64,000 nucleotides of DNA from Mobula birostris (taxonomy: Eukaryota), in NCBI RefSeq assembly GCF_030028105.1, contig NC_092379.1, positions 21,057,309-21,121,308 of the forward strand. Direction: 5' to 3'. Shown here piece after piece: positions 48,061 through 61,240 of this stretch. Both the position numbers and the translations under genes were made by a program. Numbering within the stretch: the stretch's first letter is position 1; each line of letters opens with the position of its first letter. Below the pieces are notes generated by a model. That model was not told the DNA's origin. It saw only the letters and a list, made by a program, of their open reading frames with translations, and ran no database searches.

Positions 48061-48191
48061 GTGGAAAATGTCCCAGCTGTTTTTCGGAGCCTGTGCCAAT
48101 GTTCTTTTACCAGAGTAATCTCAATGCAACATTCTCCGATGGTTCTACCCAACAGTATCATTGTTCAGCAGGAAAGTGTGAAATAAAGTGA
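48061..48191 (+). CDS. IgW: IgW short-form (IgX-short type) Cys-rich secretory tail exon
   Basis: Acceptor TTCCAG|GT, phase 1: GGKCPSCFSEPVPMFFYQSNLNATFSDGSTQQYHCSAGKCEIK*. This closely resembles the skate IgX short tail as I recall it (KCPSCFS..YQSNLNVSFSDGSTQQYHC.AGKCEIK). AATAAA at 48182-48187 overlaps the last codons. Confidence 0.9.
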
Positions 48192-48329
48192 TTGGCTGTG
48201 TATGCAATTCATTATTGAACTGTATTACAATCCATTTACTGGATTCCACACCTGCCTCTGGTATCCATTGGCACTGAAGTTTAACGGAGAGAAGAAGAAA
48301 ACTCATGATTCAAATTGACAACCTCTCCA

Positions 48330-48990
48330 ATCACATTTCAATTTGACTTTCTATTATCCTCATGCCCACCTATTTCAGTTTGACTTCCAATTCCCATTCT
48401 GACGTGTCTGCCTATGGCCTCCTCGACTGCCAGGTTGAGGCTAAAGTCAGGTTGGAGTAGCAACACCTCATATTCCATCCAGATACCTGCCAACCTGATG
48501 GCATGAATGCTTATTCCTTACCTTCCAGTAATCCTCCCAACTCCTTTATTCTCTCTTTTATTCTATTCCTCATACTAGATACTCCCTCATCCCTTCACTT
48601 CTCCTCACCTGCCTAACATCTCCATTTGGTTCTCCTCCTCCTGCACTTTCCTCCATGGTCCACTCTCCTGTCAGATTCCTTCTGTTTCTGCCATTTATCT
48701 CTTCCACTTATCCCCCACCAGCTTCTTAATTCATACTCCCTCCCCCATCCACACACTTTCCCCCTCACCTGGTCTCACATCTCATCTGACAGAATGTATT
48801 CCTCTCTACTCCTCCCAACTTCTTATTCTGGCTTCTGTCCACTTCCTTTCCAGTAAGTCTGAGTAATCTTGGACCGAAAGATCGGCTGTTTATTTCCCTC
48901 CATAGATGCTGCCTGACTTGCTGAGTTCCTCCCGCACTTTGTGTGTGTTGTTCAAGATTTCCAGCATCTGTAGAATCTCTTGTGTTTCTG
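48330..48990 (+). mobile_element. Penelope-like 3' fragment and terminal repeat
   Basis: TTCCAATTCCCATTCTGAC..GAGGCTAAAGTCAGGTTGGAG.AGCAACACCTCATATTCC matches the GIY-YIG end at about 30900, followed by the GATGCTGCCTGACTTGCTGAGTTCC tail. Confidence 0.7.
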
Positions 48991-49987
48991 GTTGTCCATA
49001 CACTCATTCATTTGTGTACATTGTTGCTTCAGTGTGACTCAGATCCCAATTCCAGTTTCCCTGGCCAGATTTCCTTCTGTCCGACTCCAGTCAACAAGAA
49101 CTGGACCCTGTTTTTCACCCAATGGCTGTGAGGCACGAGGTGATGAAGGTGAACGGGGCTGAATTTCCAAATTGACTCAGTCAAAGGACGGATGACCCTT
49201 TGATAATATTGGGCACAAGACAAATTGGTGAGACAAGACTCAGGGGTCTAACCAATCTCCTGTCCAATCTGACATGCTTTGTGTGTAAATCCTGGATCAG
49301 ACAAATTGCTAAAGTTACATTGATCCACGTCCCAGACATTGAATTCAGTCCAAGAGGGAAATTCAGTGACTCTAAGGAATGTCACAAAGGAGAGTGTTTT
49401 GTTAGAATTACCCAAGCATTGACAGAATTATATGCCTCTTGTGGAATAACACCAGCATTCAGTAATAAAGGGAGTGATCTTGACTCCATCAGGTTTTATG
49501 AGGGAACCGCATTTCCCAGGGACTGCTGAACATTAAGACAGGCTGATATGGGACATAACTGAGAAACCTGCAGAAAGCATGTTTAACAACATCACAGTGC
49601 TGATTAAACTGAGATTCACAATTCAATGACCCTTCAGTGTACACCTAGGTTTGATATTTGTGATATTACAGGACAACAATGACCATCTAGACTACACCCA
49701 CAGGCTTTCTGTTTTAAGAGAAAATTGTTCATAATCTTACGGAAATGGGAAAGGTTGAGAAATATACATCATAATTTGTCAGACAATCCGACCCATTCAG
49801 ATTGGAACCATGTGTGTTACAACTGCTCTTTCTTCAGACAAAGACACGACTCACACTCTCAATGAAGGTCTGAACCCTGACACAAACACAATCAGCTTCC
49901 ACACTAAATGTCAAAGAGCAAGAACACCCCACGTGCCTGAAGGTGACCAAGTGTGTAAATGGTGTACACAAAGTGCAGAGAGCTGCA

Positions 49988-50734
49988 ATAAGAAGATAAG
50001 AAATAAGAGCAGGAGTAGGCCATCCGGCCCATCGAGCCTGCACCACCATTCAATAAGATCATGGCTGATCTGTCCATAAACTCAGCTCCATCTACCTGCC
50101 TTTTCCCCATAACCCTTAATTCCCTTACTATGTAAAAACCTATCTAACTGTATCTTAAATGTATTTATTGAGGAAGCCTCAACTGCTTCCCTGGGCAGAG
50201 AATTCCATAGGTTCACGACTCTCCGGGAAAAACAGTTTCTCCTCATTTCCATACTAAATCTTCTCCCCTGAACCTTGAGGCAATATCCCCTAGTTCTAGT
50301 TCACCTACCAATTGAAACAACTTTCCAACTTCTATCTTACCTATCCCTTTCAAAATTTTGTATGTTTCTATAAGATCCCCTCTCATTCTTCTGAACTCCA
50401 GAGAATATAGTCCCAGGCGACTCAATCTTTCCTCATAGGTTAACCCCTTCATCCCTGGAATTAACCTGGTGAACCTCCTCTGCACTGCCTCCAAAGCCAG
50501 TATATCCGTCCTCAAGTATGGAGACCAGGACTGCACACAGTACTCCAGGTGCGGCCTCAGCAGTACCCTGCATAGTTGCAGCATGACCTTCCTGCTCTTG
50601 AGTTCAATCCTTCTGGCAATGAAGGCCAATATTCCATTTACCTTCTTAATGACCTGTTGTACCTGCAAGCCAACTTTTTGAGATTCATGAACAAGCACTC
50701 CCAAGTCCCTCTGCACAACAGCATGCTGCAATCT
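49988..50734 (-). mobile_element. CR1 3' fragment
   Basis: ORF 50243-50803 (-): VQRDLGVLVHESQK..HLEYCVQSWSPYLRTDILALEAVQRRFTRLIPG. Confidence 0.88.
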
Positions 50735-51775
50735 AAGTGAACTGACGATAGTGCATTGGGAGGCGGCCTCAACAACTTCACTTGAGTGCAATCGCACAAA
50801 CAAAACTGATCAAAGAGCTGTTTTATTCATTTATCATGCTGAGGTGAGTGCCGATGGCTGCAGGCCGCAGCTGCAGAGTCAGTTCAGTGCTGAGCTGAGT
50901 GAAACGTCATAGAGTAGTGATCCGAATACCGGTTCATCCATTGCCTCAGTCTCAACGCCTTAATCTTTTTAATCTGATTTGGCACTTAAATTGGCCAGTC
51001 ATCGGTTTGTTTTCTGCTCTCAGACAACACAATTCAGATCTTCCAAAACTGAGATAATTGTATCCCAGAATGTAATTTCATAACTTGAGGAGAATCCAGA
51101 CCATTTCACTGGACAGGCACTCTGGAGATCCCCAATACTTGTATTCAAAATGCTCTCTCCCTCTGCCTTTGAACCTAATCCCAGTCTCCGATTAGTGCCT
51201 CAGATGTGACTGAATTTCCAGCAGAGCAGCTCTCCCTCTGCTCCTGTGTGGGAATAGTCAGCCTGGACAATGTGTGGAAGACTCTGGATGGCGGCCTGAA
51301 CACACTACATTCTGACAAAGCAGCAAAAATTTTAGTTATACTAAATTGAGAACAAAAGTGCATTGTAACATTTGTGACAGAAGCAAAATATTTCTCATAC
51401 TTAAATTTTGAAAAATGAAGTGTTTTTTCTGGCAGATTTTCACGTGAAACTGCTCTGTTTCTTGTTCCACAGATGCACTCTAAAATGTTGGGTATTTTCT
51501 GTATTGTTATATTAAGTGGCTGGTAAAAGTTTAAGTGACCATGAAACTGCAAAAACAATGTAAGGGCCAATGTTGTTCATTTACGTTTCCTCAGGGTGCT
51601 TACCCTGTCTGCTCAGTAGGGGAGATTCCTTTCTTCACCAAATTTGATTGGTCTCATCTCATCTTGATGGGACTGGCAAATCATTGACCAGGAGGGAACA
51701 GGAAATGTTGGTCTTGTCAGTGACAAACTCGTCCATTTGGGAATGGTGAAATAATAATTGTAATGTTTCTCCCAG

Positions 51776-52096
51776 ATGAATGTTCAGATACCTACTCCTC
51801 AGTCACTTTAAGCAAACCTCCCTTCGAAGAGATCTGGACAAAGAGGACAGCGACCATTCTGTGTGAGGTGGTTCAGAATGATTTACAGGTATTCAGTGTA
51901 ACCTGGCAAGTGGACGGAAGGAAGAGGGAAGATGGGGTGAGGACTCTGGGTCCAGACAGCAATGGAGGTGAAGACATGATCACCAGCAGACTGACAGTCT
52001 CTGCTGCAGACTGGAACAGTGGGGCTGAGTACTCGTGTGTGATAGAGGACAAGGGTTTGCCAACACCAGTGAAGAAATCCATCAGGAAGGACACAG
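51776..52096 (+). CDS. IgW: IgW constant exon of CH5 type (IgNAR C4 homologue), physically third C exon
   Basis: Acceptor CCCAG|AT and donor G|GTACGT; 321 bp, phase 1-1: DECSDTYSSVTLSKPPFEEIWTKRTATILCEVV..WQVDG..SRLTVSAADWNSGAEYSCVIEDKGLPTPVKKSIRKDT. The KPPFEEIW and LPTPVK.SIRK motifs match IgNAR C4 / IgW CH5 as I recall them. Confidence 0.9.
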
Positions 52097-52742
52097 GTAC
52101 GTGTGGACAGAATTCATGTAAGTCTGATCTTAGCAATTTGATAGATTTATCACCATCCAGCACTGTGATAGACTATAGAAAATGAGAACAGGAGCAGGCC
52201 ACTGGGTTTCTTGATCTGTTCAACAATTCAATCTGGTCTCAGCTGAACATGGAAATTCAAATTCCTGTTCCTGCTTTCTCTTTGACCCATTCACCCAAAG
52301 AAGTAGATACAACCCATTCTTGAGTATATTAGATGATAAGTCTTCAAGTGTTTTCTGTGGGAGAGAGTTCCACAGGTTCTCACTCCCTCTCACATGTACA
52401 CAGCTTAGACTGCCACCCCTGCTCCAGGGGAGATGGAACAAACAGTACAGGATAATGCAAGTCCAGGGGCTGAGTTCCACTTTCTGTCGAGTTCCTGTGT
52501 TCAGCGACTCCCATTGATTGAACTGAATGGACTAACCTTGCTGGAAGCTGTAAAATGCAGCAGGTTCAAGATTTCCACTTCACAAATCCCAATGATGAGC
52601 AGAAAGGGAAAAGCCTTCAGTTTCAGATCAAGTGAAGCCTCTCAGATTTAGAAATTGTTCATGTTGGTGCAAGACCAGAATGTGTCGGGTAAGTAGGGAA
52701 TTATTGGAAGATTTATTCTAACTGAGATTCTCTCTGTTCCAG

Positions 52743-53128
52743 GTGGTGTTGTGACTCGTCCTCAGGTCTACCTCCTCCTCCCTTCATCGGATGAGGTAGA
52801 CACCGATCAGACTGTGACCTTGATGTGTCTGGTCACTAAGTTCTCTCCCGCAGAGATCTATGTGGCCTGGATGGCCAATGACACCCTTCTGAAGACAGGG
52901 TTTGTGAACCAGCCAGTGATCAAGGACCCCAGAAATGGCTGGAACACTCTGACCAGTCAGCTGAAGATTTCTCCTGAGGAGTGGAATAGCGGCACCACTT
53001 TCTCCTGTGTGGTGGGTCATGAGTCGCTCACAACCAACCTGTTCCGAAGCATCAATAAATCTCACAGCAAACCCACCCTGGTCAATCTCTCACTTGTTCT
53101 GACTGATAGTTTTAAATCTTGTGTGTGA
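52743..53128 (+). CDS. IgW: IgW terminal constant exon of CH6 type (IgNAR C5 homologue) with canonical secretory tailpiece
   Basis: Acceptor TTCCAG|GT: GGVVTRPQVYLLLPSSDEVDTDQTVTLMCLVTKFSPAEIYVAWMANDTLL..WNSGTTFSCVVGHESL..SINKSHS-KPTLVNLSLVLTDSFKSCV*. The tailpiece has an N-L-S sequon and a penultimate Cys. AATAAA at 53421. Confidence 0.93.
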
Positions 53129-53789
53129 TACTGTGTGATTCAATCCATGAAACCCTAGATTTGTTTGTTTTATGATTATTAACTATCACAGAGGATTATT
53201 TAGCTGCTAAAACATGATAAAAACCTAGACCCTTTCAAATAATTAAGAAAGAATTTAAGTTCAGGAACCCAATTGAACTACAAACATGATTCACCACAAA
53301 TCTCTGAGTTTGTGTGTACATCTCAGACCTTCTTCTGCCACGCTTAAATGGATTTCAACCCCGTGCAGGACTGCACAATGAATTAAATCTTTGTATGTGT
53401 CAATGTACCGATCCAAGTTCAATAAATATGACATGAAAATGTCTTGGTTGTGATTTTTGGGGATGGGAAATAAGGAACTTTCAACATCAGGTGTGGTATG
53501 TGACGCACACTCAGAGAGAAATAGGTGTCTCTGGTGTCGAAACCCTTCCTGCATCGGGTGTCCCACTGATCAGTTGACAAGTAATGGTCAGAGAAATTAG
53601 AACCTATGGCCATCTGATAAAGAGTTGAGAGTTGAAACCATTGACCAAAGATCATATTGGTGACAAAAATGTCGGATCACTGTTTGAGGGCTCCTTGTCC
53701 CCATTAACATTTTGCTCCTCATCTGGTGCCTGTGTGTCCCTAACTGAATGAAACATACCATTGTTGGGAATTGTTCTGTTACAATGGTG

Positions 53790-56000
53790 CAGTTAAACAT
53801 CTGTCTGTGAGGGCAGACGTTTTGCATCTGTACTGAGCCACAGAGTACTGTTGAGGGAGATGGCCTGCCTGGGGGAAGCCACAGTGGTCGCGCCTCTGCC
53901 ACAGAGTCTGGCCCTGTGCCTCAGCAGGGTAGGAAAATGAAGAGGATAGTAGCAGTGATAGGGGACTCTGTAGTTAGGGGGTCAGGCAGGTGATTCTGTG
54001 GATGCAGGAAAGAAACACAGATAGTCGTTTGCCTACTGGGTGCAGGGGTCCAGGATGTTTCAGATCGTGTCCAGGATATCCTGAAGTGGGAAGCAGAACA
54101 GCCAGAGGTCGTGGTACATATTTGTACCAACGACATAGGTAGGAAAAGGGAGGGGGTCCTGAAAACAGACTACATGGAATTGGGAAGGAAGTTGAGAAGC
54201 AGGACCACAAAGGTAGTAATCTAGGGATTACTGCCTGTGCCACGTGACAGCAAGTATAGGAATAGAATGAGCTGGAAAATAAATGCATGACAGAGGGATT
54301 AGAGCAGGGAGCAGGGATTCAGATTTCTGGATCATTGGGACCTCTTTTGGGGCAGGTGTGACCTGTACAAAAAGGACGGGTTGCACTTGAATCCCAGGGG
54401 GAACAATATCCTGGCAGGGAGGTTTGCTAAGGCTGTTGGGGAGAGTTTAAACTAGAATTGCTGGGGGGTGGGAACCAAACTGAAAAGACAGGGGAAGAGG
54501 CAGTTGGCTCACAAGTAGAGAAAGCTTGAAGACAGTGCGAGAGGGAGGATAGGCAGGTGATAGCAAAGGGACATGCTCAGATCGATTGTTTGAGATGTGT
54601 CTATTTTAATGCAAGGAGTATTACGAACAAAGCGGATGAGCTTAGAGGTTGGATCAGTTCTTGGAGCTATGATGTTGTGGCCATTACAAAGACTTGGATG
54701 GCTTAGGGGCAGGAATGGTTACTTGGAGTGCCGGGCTTTAGATGTTTCAGAAGGTTGATGGAGAAGATCCTGAAAGGCAGGATTTATGAACATTTGGAAA
54801 GGCAGGTCATGCCTTATGAGCCTGATTGAATTTTTTGAGGATGTGACTAAACACAGTGATGAAGGCAGAGCAGTAGGTGCAGTGTATATGGATTGCAGCA
54901 AGGCATTTGATAAGGTACCCTATGCAAGGCTTACTGAGAAAGTAAGGAGGCATGGGATCCATGGGGAGATTGTTTTTTGGATCCAGAACTGGCTTGCTCA
55001 CAGAAGGCAAAGTGATGTGCCTCATGGATCTGTTCTGGGACCCCTACTCTTTGTAATTTTTATAAATGACCTGGATGAGGAAGTGGAAGGATGTTAGTAG
55101 ATTTGCTGTTGATACAAAGGTTGGTGGTGTTGTGGATAGTGTGGATGCCTGTCAGAGGTTACAGTGGGACATTGATAGGATGCAAAACTGGGCTGAGAAG
55201 TGGCAGATGAGGTTCAACCCTGATAACTGCGAAGTGGTTCATTCTGGTAGGTCAAATATGATGGCAGAATGTAGTATTAATGGTAAGACTCTTGCCAATG
55301 TGGAGGATCAAAGGGATCTTGGGGTCAAAGTCCATAGGATACTCAAAGCTGCTGCGCAGACTGACTCTGTGGTTAAGAAGGCATATGGTGCATTGGCCTT
55401 CATCAATCGTGGGACTGAGTTTTGGAGCCAAGAGGTAATGTTGCAGCTATTAGGACCCTGGTCAGACCCCAGTTGGAGTACTGTGCTCAGTTCTGGTCGC
55501 CTTACAACAGGAGGGATGTGGAAACTATAGAAAGGGTGTAGAGGAAATTTACAAGGATGTTGCCTGGATTGGGGAGCATGCCTCATGAGAATAGGTTTGA
55601 GTGAACTCAGCCTTTTCCCCTTGGCGTGACGGAGGATGAGAGATGACCTGATAGAGATGTATAAGATGAGAGGCATTGATTGTCTGGATAGTCAGAGGCT
55701 TTTTCCCAGGGTTGAAATGGTTAGCGTGACAGGGCACAGTTTTATTGTGCTTGGAAGAAGGTGCAGAGGAGAAGTCAGGAGTAAGTTTTTTAAACAGAGA
55801 GCGGTGACTTCGTGGAATGGGCTGTCAGCAACGGTGGTGGAGGCAGATATGATAGCGTTTTTTAAGAGACTCCTGGATAGGTACATGAGGCTTAGAAAAA
55901 TAGAGGGCTATAGGTAACCCTAGGTAATTTCTTAGGGAAGGACATGTTCGGCAGAGCTTTGTGGGCCAAAGGGCCTGTATCATGCTGTAGGTTTTCTATG
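53790..56000 (+). mobile_element. Internally deleted CR1 (ORF1 esterase, start of endonuclease, joined to RT 3' half)
   Basis: IGDSVVRG and KKDGLHLNPRG esterase motifs, then a jump at about 54755 to GRSCLMSLIEFFEDVT..MDCSKAFDKV; ends in the TTTCTATGTTTCT tail. Confidence 0.8.
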
Positions 56001-59000
56001 TTTCTGATATCCTAGTGGGAAGGTTTGCTTGTGCTGCATGGGATGAAGAGGGTTGGAGGGGGGTTGGGTAATGTCGGTTAAACTAGAGTTGTAGGGGATG
56101 GGGACCAAAGTATCAGAACAGATCGTGAAGATACGTTGTTAAGATTTTAGACAAAGTCAAGATTCAAAAAGTTAAGCATAACGTGAGTAATGTTCTGAGC
56201 TGCATATATTTCAGAGCAAGTGTTATTGCAGAAAAGGCAGATGAGCTCGGGGCAAAGTTCAACACATGGAATTATGATGTTGTAGCCTTTGTTGAGACTT
56301 GGTTGCAGGAGAGGCAGGACTGGCAGCTCAATATTCTGGGGTTCCATTGTTTTAGACACAACAGGGTGGGAGGGATTGAAGGGGAAGGTGTGGCATTACA
56401 CATCAGTGCAAGTGTCACTGCAGTATTCGGTCAGGAGAGACTGGAGAATTCCTCTTAGAAACATAGAAACATGGAAAATAGGTGCAGGAGTAGGCCATTC
56501 AGCCCTTTGAGCCTGCACTGCCATTCAGTATGATCATGGCTGATCATCCAACTCAGAACCCTGTACCTGCCTTCTCTCTATACCCCCTGATCCCTATAGC
56601 CACAAGGACCACATCTAACTCCCTCTTAAATATAGCCAATGAACTGGCCTCAACTGTTTCCTGTGGCAGAGAATTCCACAGATTCACCACTCTCTGTGTG
56701 AAGAACTTTTTCCTCATCTCCGTCCTGAAAGGCTTCCCCTTTATCCTTAAACTGTGACTCCTCGTTCTGGACTTCCCCAACATCGGGAACAATCTTCCTG
56801 CATCTGGCCTGTCCAATCCCTTTAGAATTTTAATACGTTTCAATAAGATCCCCCCTCAATCTTCTAAATTCCAGCAAGTGTAAGTCTAGTCGATCCAGAC
56901 TTTCATCATATGAAAGTACTGCCATCCCAGGAATCAATCTGGTGAACCTTCTTCACACTCCCTCTATGGCAAGAATGTCTTTCCTCAGATTAGGGGACCA
57001 AAACAGCACACAATACTCCAGGTGTGGTCTCACCAAGGCCTTGTACAACTGCAGTAGTACCTCCCTGCTCCTGTACTCGAATCCTCTCGCTATAAATGCC
57101 AGCATACCATTCGCCCTTTTCACCGCCTGCTGTACCTGCATGCCCACTTTCATGACTGGTGTACAATGACACCCAGGTCCCGTTGCACCTCCCCTTTTCC
57201 TAATCGACCACCATTCAGATAATAATCTGTTTTCTTGTTCTTGCCACCAAAGTTGATAACCTCACATTTATCCACATTAATTTGCATCAGCCATGAATTT
57301 GCCCACTCACCGAACCTACCCAAGTCACCCTGCATCCTCTTAGCTAACACTGCCGCCCAGCTTCATGTAATCCACAAACTTGGAGATGCTGCATTTAATT
57401 CCCTTGTCTAAGTCATTAATATATATTGTAAACAACTGGGGTCCCAACACTGAGCCTTGCGGTACCCCACTAGTCACTGCCTGCCATTCTGAAAAGGTCC
57501 TGTTTATTCCCACTCTTTGCTTCTAGTCTGCCAACCAATTCTCTATCCACATCAATACCATGCCCCCAATACCGTGTGCTTTAGGTTTGCACACTAATTT
57601 CCTGTGTGGGACCTTGTCAAATGCCTTTTGAAAATCCAAATATACCACATCCACTGGTTCTCCCCTATCCACTCTACTAGTTACATCCTCACAAAATTCT
57701 GAGATTCGTCAGACATGATTTTCCTTTCACAAATCCATGCTGACTTTGTCCGATGATTTCACCACTTACTGAATGCGCTGTTATCACATCTTTGATAACT
57801 GACTCGAGCATTTTCCCCACCACCGATGTCAGGCTTACCGGTCTATAATTCCCCGGTTTCTCTCTCCCTCCTTTTTTAAAAAGCGGGGTTACATTAGCCA
57901 CCCTCCAACCCTCAGGAACTAATCCAGAATCTAAAGAGTTTTGAAAAATTATCACTAATGCATCCACTATTTCTTGGGCTACTTCCTTAAGCACTCTGGG
58001 ATGCAGACCATCTGGCCCTGGGGATTTATCTGCCTTTAATCCCTTCAATTTACCTAACACCACTTCCCTACTAACATATATTTCCCTCAGTTCCTTCATC
58101 TCACTAGACCCTCGGTCCCCTACTATTTCCGGAAGATTAATTATGTCCTCCTTAGTGAAGACAGAACCAAAGTAGTTATTCAATTGGTCTGCCACGTCCT
58201 CGTTCCCCTGTTTCAATGATCAATTCACCTGTTTCTGACTGAAAGGGACCTACATTTGTCTTAACCAATCTTTTTCTTTTCACGTTTCTATAAAAGCTTT
58301 TACAGTCAGTCTTTATGTTCTCTGCCAGCTTTCTCTCATAATCTTTTGTCCCTTTCCTAATTAAGCCCTTTGTCCTCCTCTGCTGGACTCTGAATTTCTC
58401 CCAGTCCTCAGGTGAGCTGCTTTTTCTGGCTAATTTGTATGTTTCTTCTTTGGAATTGACACTATCCCTAATTTCCCTTGTCAGTCATGGGTGCACTACC
58501 TTCCCTGGTTTATTCTTTTGCCAAACTGGGATGAACAATTGTTATAGTTCTTCCATGTGATCTTTAAATGCTTGCCATTGCATATCCACCGTCAACCCTT
58601 TAAGTATCATTTGCCAGTCTATCTTAGCTAATTCACGTCTGATATCTTCAAAGTTACCTTTCTTGAAGTTCAGAACCTTTGTTTCTGAATTAACTATGTC
58701 ACTCTCCATCTTAGTGAAGAATTCCACTGTATTATGGTCACTCTTACCCAAGGGGCCTCTCACCACAAGATTGCTAACTAACCCTTCCTCATTGCTCTGT
58801 ACCCAGTCTAGAATGGCCTGCTCTCTAGTTGGTTCCTCGACATGTTGGTTCAGAAAGCCATCCCGCATACATTCCAAGAAATCCTCTTCCTCAGCACCCT
58901 TACCAATTTGGTTCACCCAATCTATATGTAGACTGAAGTCACCCATTATAACTGCCATTCCTTTATTGCACGCATTTCTAATTTCCTGTTTAATACCATC

Positions 59001-61240
59001 CCCAACCTCACTACTACTGATAGGTGGCCTGTACACAACTCCCACCAGCGTTTTCTGCCCCTTAGTGTTCTGCAGCTCTACCCATATCCATGTCCTCCCG
59101 CCTAATATCCTTCCTTTCTATTGTGTTAATCTACTCTCTAACCAGCAATGCTACCCCACCGCCTTTTCTTTCATGTCTATCCCTCCTGAATATTGAATAT
59201 CCCTGAATGTTGAGCTCTCATCCTTGGTCACCCTGGAGCCATGTCGCTGTGATCCCAACTATATCCTATTCCTTAATAACTATCTACAAATTCAATTCAT
59301 CCACCTTGTTACGAATGCTCCATGCATTGACACACAAAGCCTTCAGGCTTGCTTTTACGACACTCTTAGCCCTAATACAATTATGTTGAAAAGTGGCCCT
59401 TTTTGATTTTTGCCCTGGATTTGCCTGTCTGCCACTTTTACTTTTCACCTTACTACTTTTTGCTTCTACTCTCATTTTACACCCCTCTGTCTCTCTGCAC
59501 TTGTTCCCATCCCCCTGCCACATTAGTTTAAATCCTCCTGAACAACAGTAGCAAACGCTCCCCCTAGGACATTGGTTCCAGTCCAGCCCAGGTGCAGACT
59601 GTCCTGTTTGTAACGGTCCCACCTCCTCCAGAACTGGTTCCAATGTCTCAGAAATTTGAATCCCTCGCCCTTGCACCATTTTTCAAGCCAAGTATTCATC
59701 TGATATATCCTCCTATTTCTACTTTGACTAGCAAGTGGCACTGGTATTAATCCAGAGATTATTACCTTTGTGGTCCTACTTTTTAATTTATCTCCTAACT
59801 CCCTAAATTCACCTTGTAGGACCTCATCCCATTTTTTACCTATATTGTTGGTACTTGTGAGGCTTTACTGGAGGAAATGAGGAATAAGAAATGTATCTCC
59901 ATGTTAATGGGGCTGTATTATAGATTGCCCTGCAGGATTTAATGGTACAAATTGTCAGGAGATCACAGACTATTACAAGAAACATAAAGTTGTGTTAGTA
60001 GGTGATTTCAACTTTCCACATATTGACTTGGATTCCCATACTACAAAAGGGATGGAGTTTGTCAAATATTGAAGAAACTTTCCATAATCAATACATAGAA
60101 ATCCCAACAGAGTGTGTGGACTACTTGATTTCTTATTGAGGAATGAGACAGGGCAGTTGACAGAAGATTATGTATGGGAACACTTAGCATTTGCTGATCA
60201 TAATGCCATTAGCTTCAAAATCAATATGGAACAAGATAAATCTGGTTCCAAGGTTCAGATTCTAAATTGGAGAAAAGCCAATTTTGATGGTGTCAGAAAG
60301 GATCTGGCAAGTGTGAGTAGGGACAGATTGTTTTCTGGCAAAGGTGTTTTTGGTTAGTGAGAAGCCTTCAAAAGTGAAATTTTGAGAGCACATTGCTTGT
60401 ATGTGCCTGTCAGAATAAAAGGCAAGGATGACGGGTTTAGGGAACCTTGCTCTTCATGAGATATTGAGGCCCTGGTTGAGAAGTAAAAGGAAGTGCTCAG
60501 CAGGTATAGGCAGGAATGGACAAATGAGGTACTTATGGAGTGTAAGAAATGCAAGAAAACATCTAAGAAAGAAATAAGAAGGGCTAAAAGAATGGACGTG
60601 GTTGCCCTAGCAGACAAAGTGAAGGGGAATCCCAATGGAATCTACAGATATGTTAAAAGCACAATGATTGCAAGGGACAAAATTGGTTCTCCAGAAGATC
60701 AGAATGGAAATCTATGTGTGGTGCCAAAAAGGATGGGGAGATCATCAATGGATTTTTTTGTGTCTGTATTTAATTGGGAGATGGAAAGAGAGTCTGTAGA
60801 AATGAGGCAAAGCAGAAGCCTTTACAGATTGCAGAGCAGGAAGTGTTTACCGTTTTTAAGCAAATTAAAGATTGTGAGGGGGCGGCGAGCAGAGATATTT
60901 AAAACATCCTTAGCATCAGGCGAGATACTGGAGAACAGCAGGGTAGCTGATGTTCCATAGTTTAAAAAAGGCTGTAAAAATAAACCAGGAAATTATAGGC
61001 TAGTAAGCCTGACATCTGTCGTGGGAAAGTTACTGGAAGGTATACTAAGGGACGGACATATGAGTATTTGGATAGACACACAGAGTGATTAATGATTGTC
61101 AGCATGGGTTTGTGTGTGTAGGACACATTTAAGCAATCTCATGGAGTTTATTGAGGAACTTACTAGGAACATTTATAAAGACAAGGTAGTGGATGATATC
61201 TACATGGACGTTAGCAAAGCATTTGACAAGGTCCCCCTGA
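56000..61240 (+). mobile_element. Old CR1 ORF2 fragment (56000-56456 plus 59855-61240) interrupted by a younger antisense CR1
   Basis: The endonuclease motif GQERLENSS stops at 56456 and resumes as EAL..EMRNKK at about 59860. GDFNFP, LNWRKANFDG, RLVSLTS and AFDKV follow. Confidence 0.7.
56457..59854 (-). mobile_element. Younger CR1 (esterase end plus nearly complete ORF2), 5'-truncated, nested
   Basis: Minus ORFs 59284-59679, 58542-59045, 57689-58216 (KSPGPDGLHPRVLKEVA..NYRPVSLTS), 56953-57350 and 56553-56843; tail TTTCTATGTTTCT at about 56460. Confidence 0.9.

Noticed and set aside
32868-53128. Assignment as IgM or IgNAR instead of IgW
   Set aside because: CH1 and the Cys-rich short tail resemble IgX/IgW, not Cmu. 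The V is a conventional VH with CDR2 and is followed by a CH1 with a light-chain Cys, unlike IgNAR.
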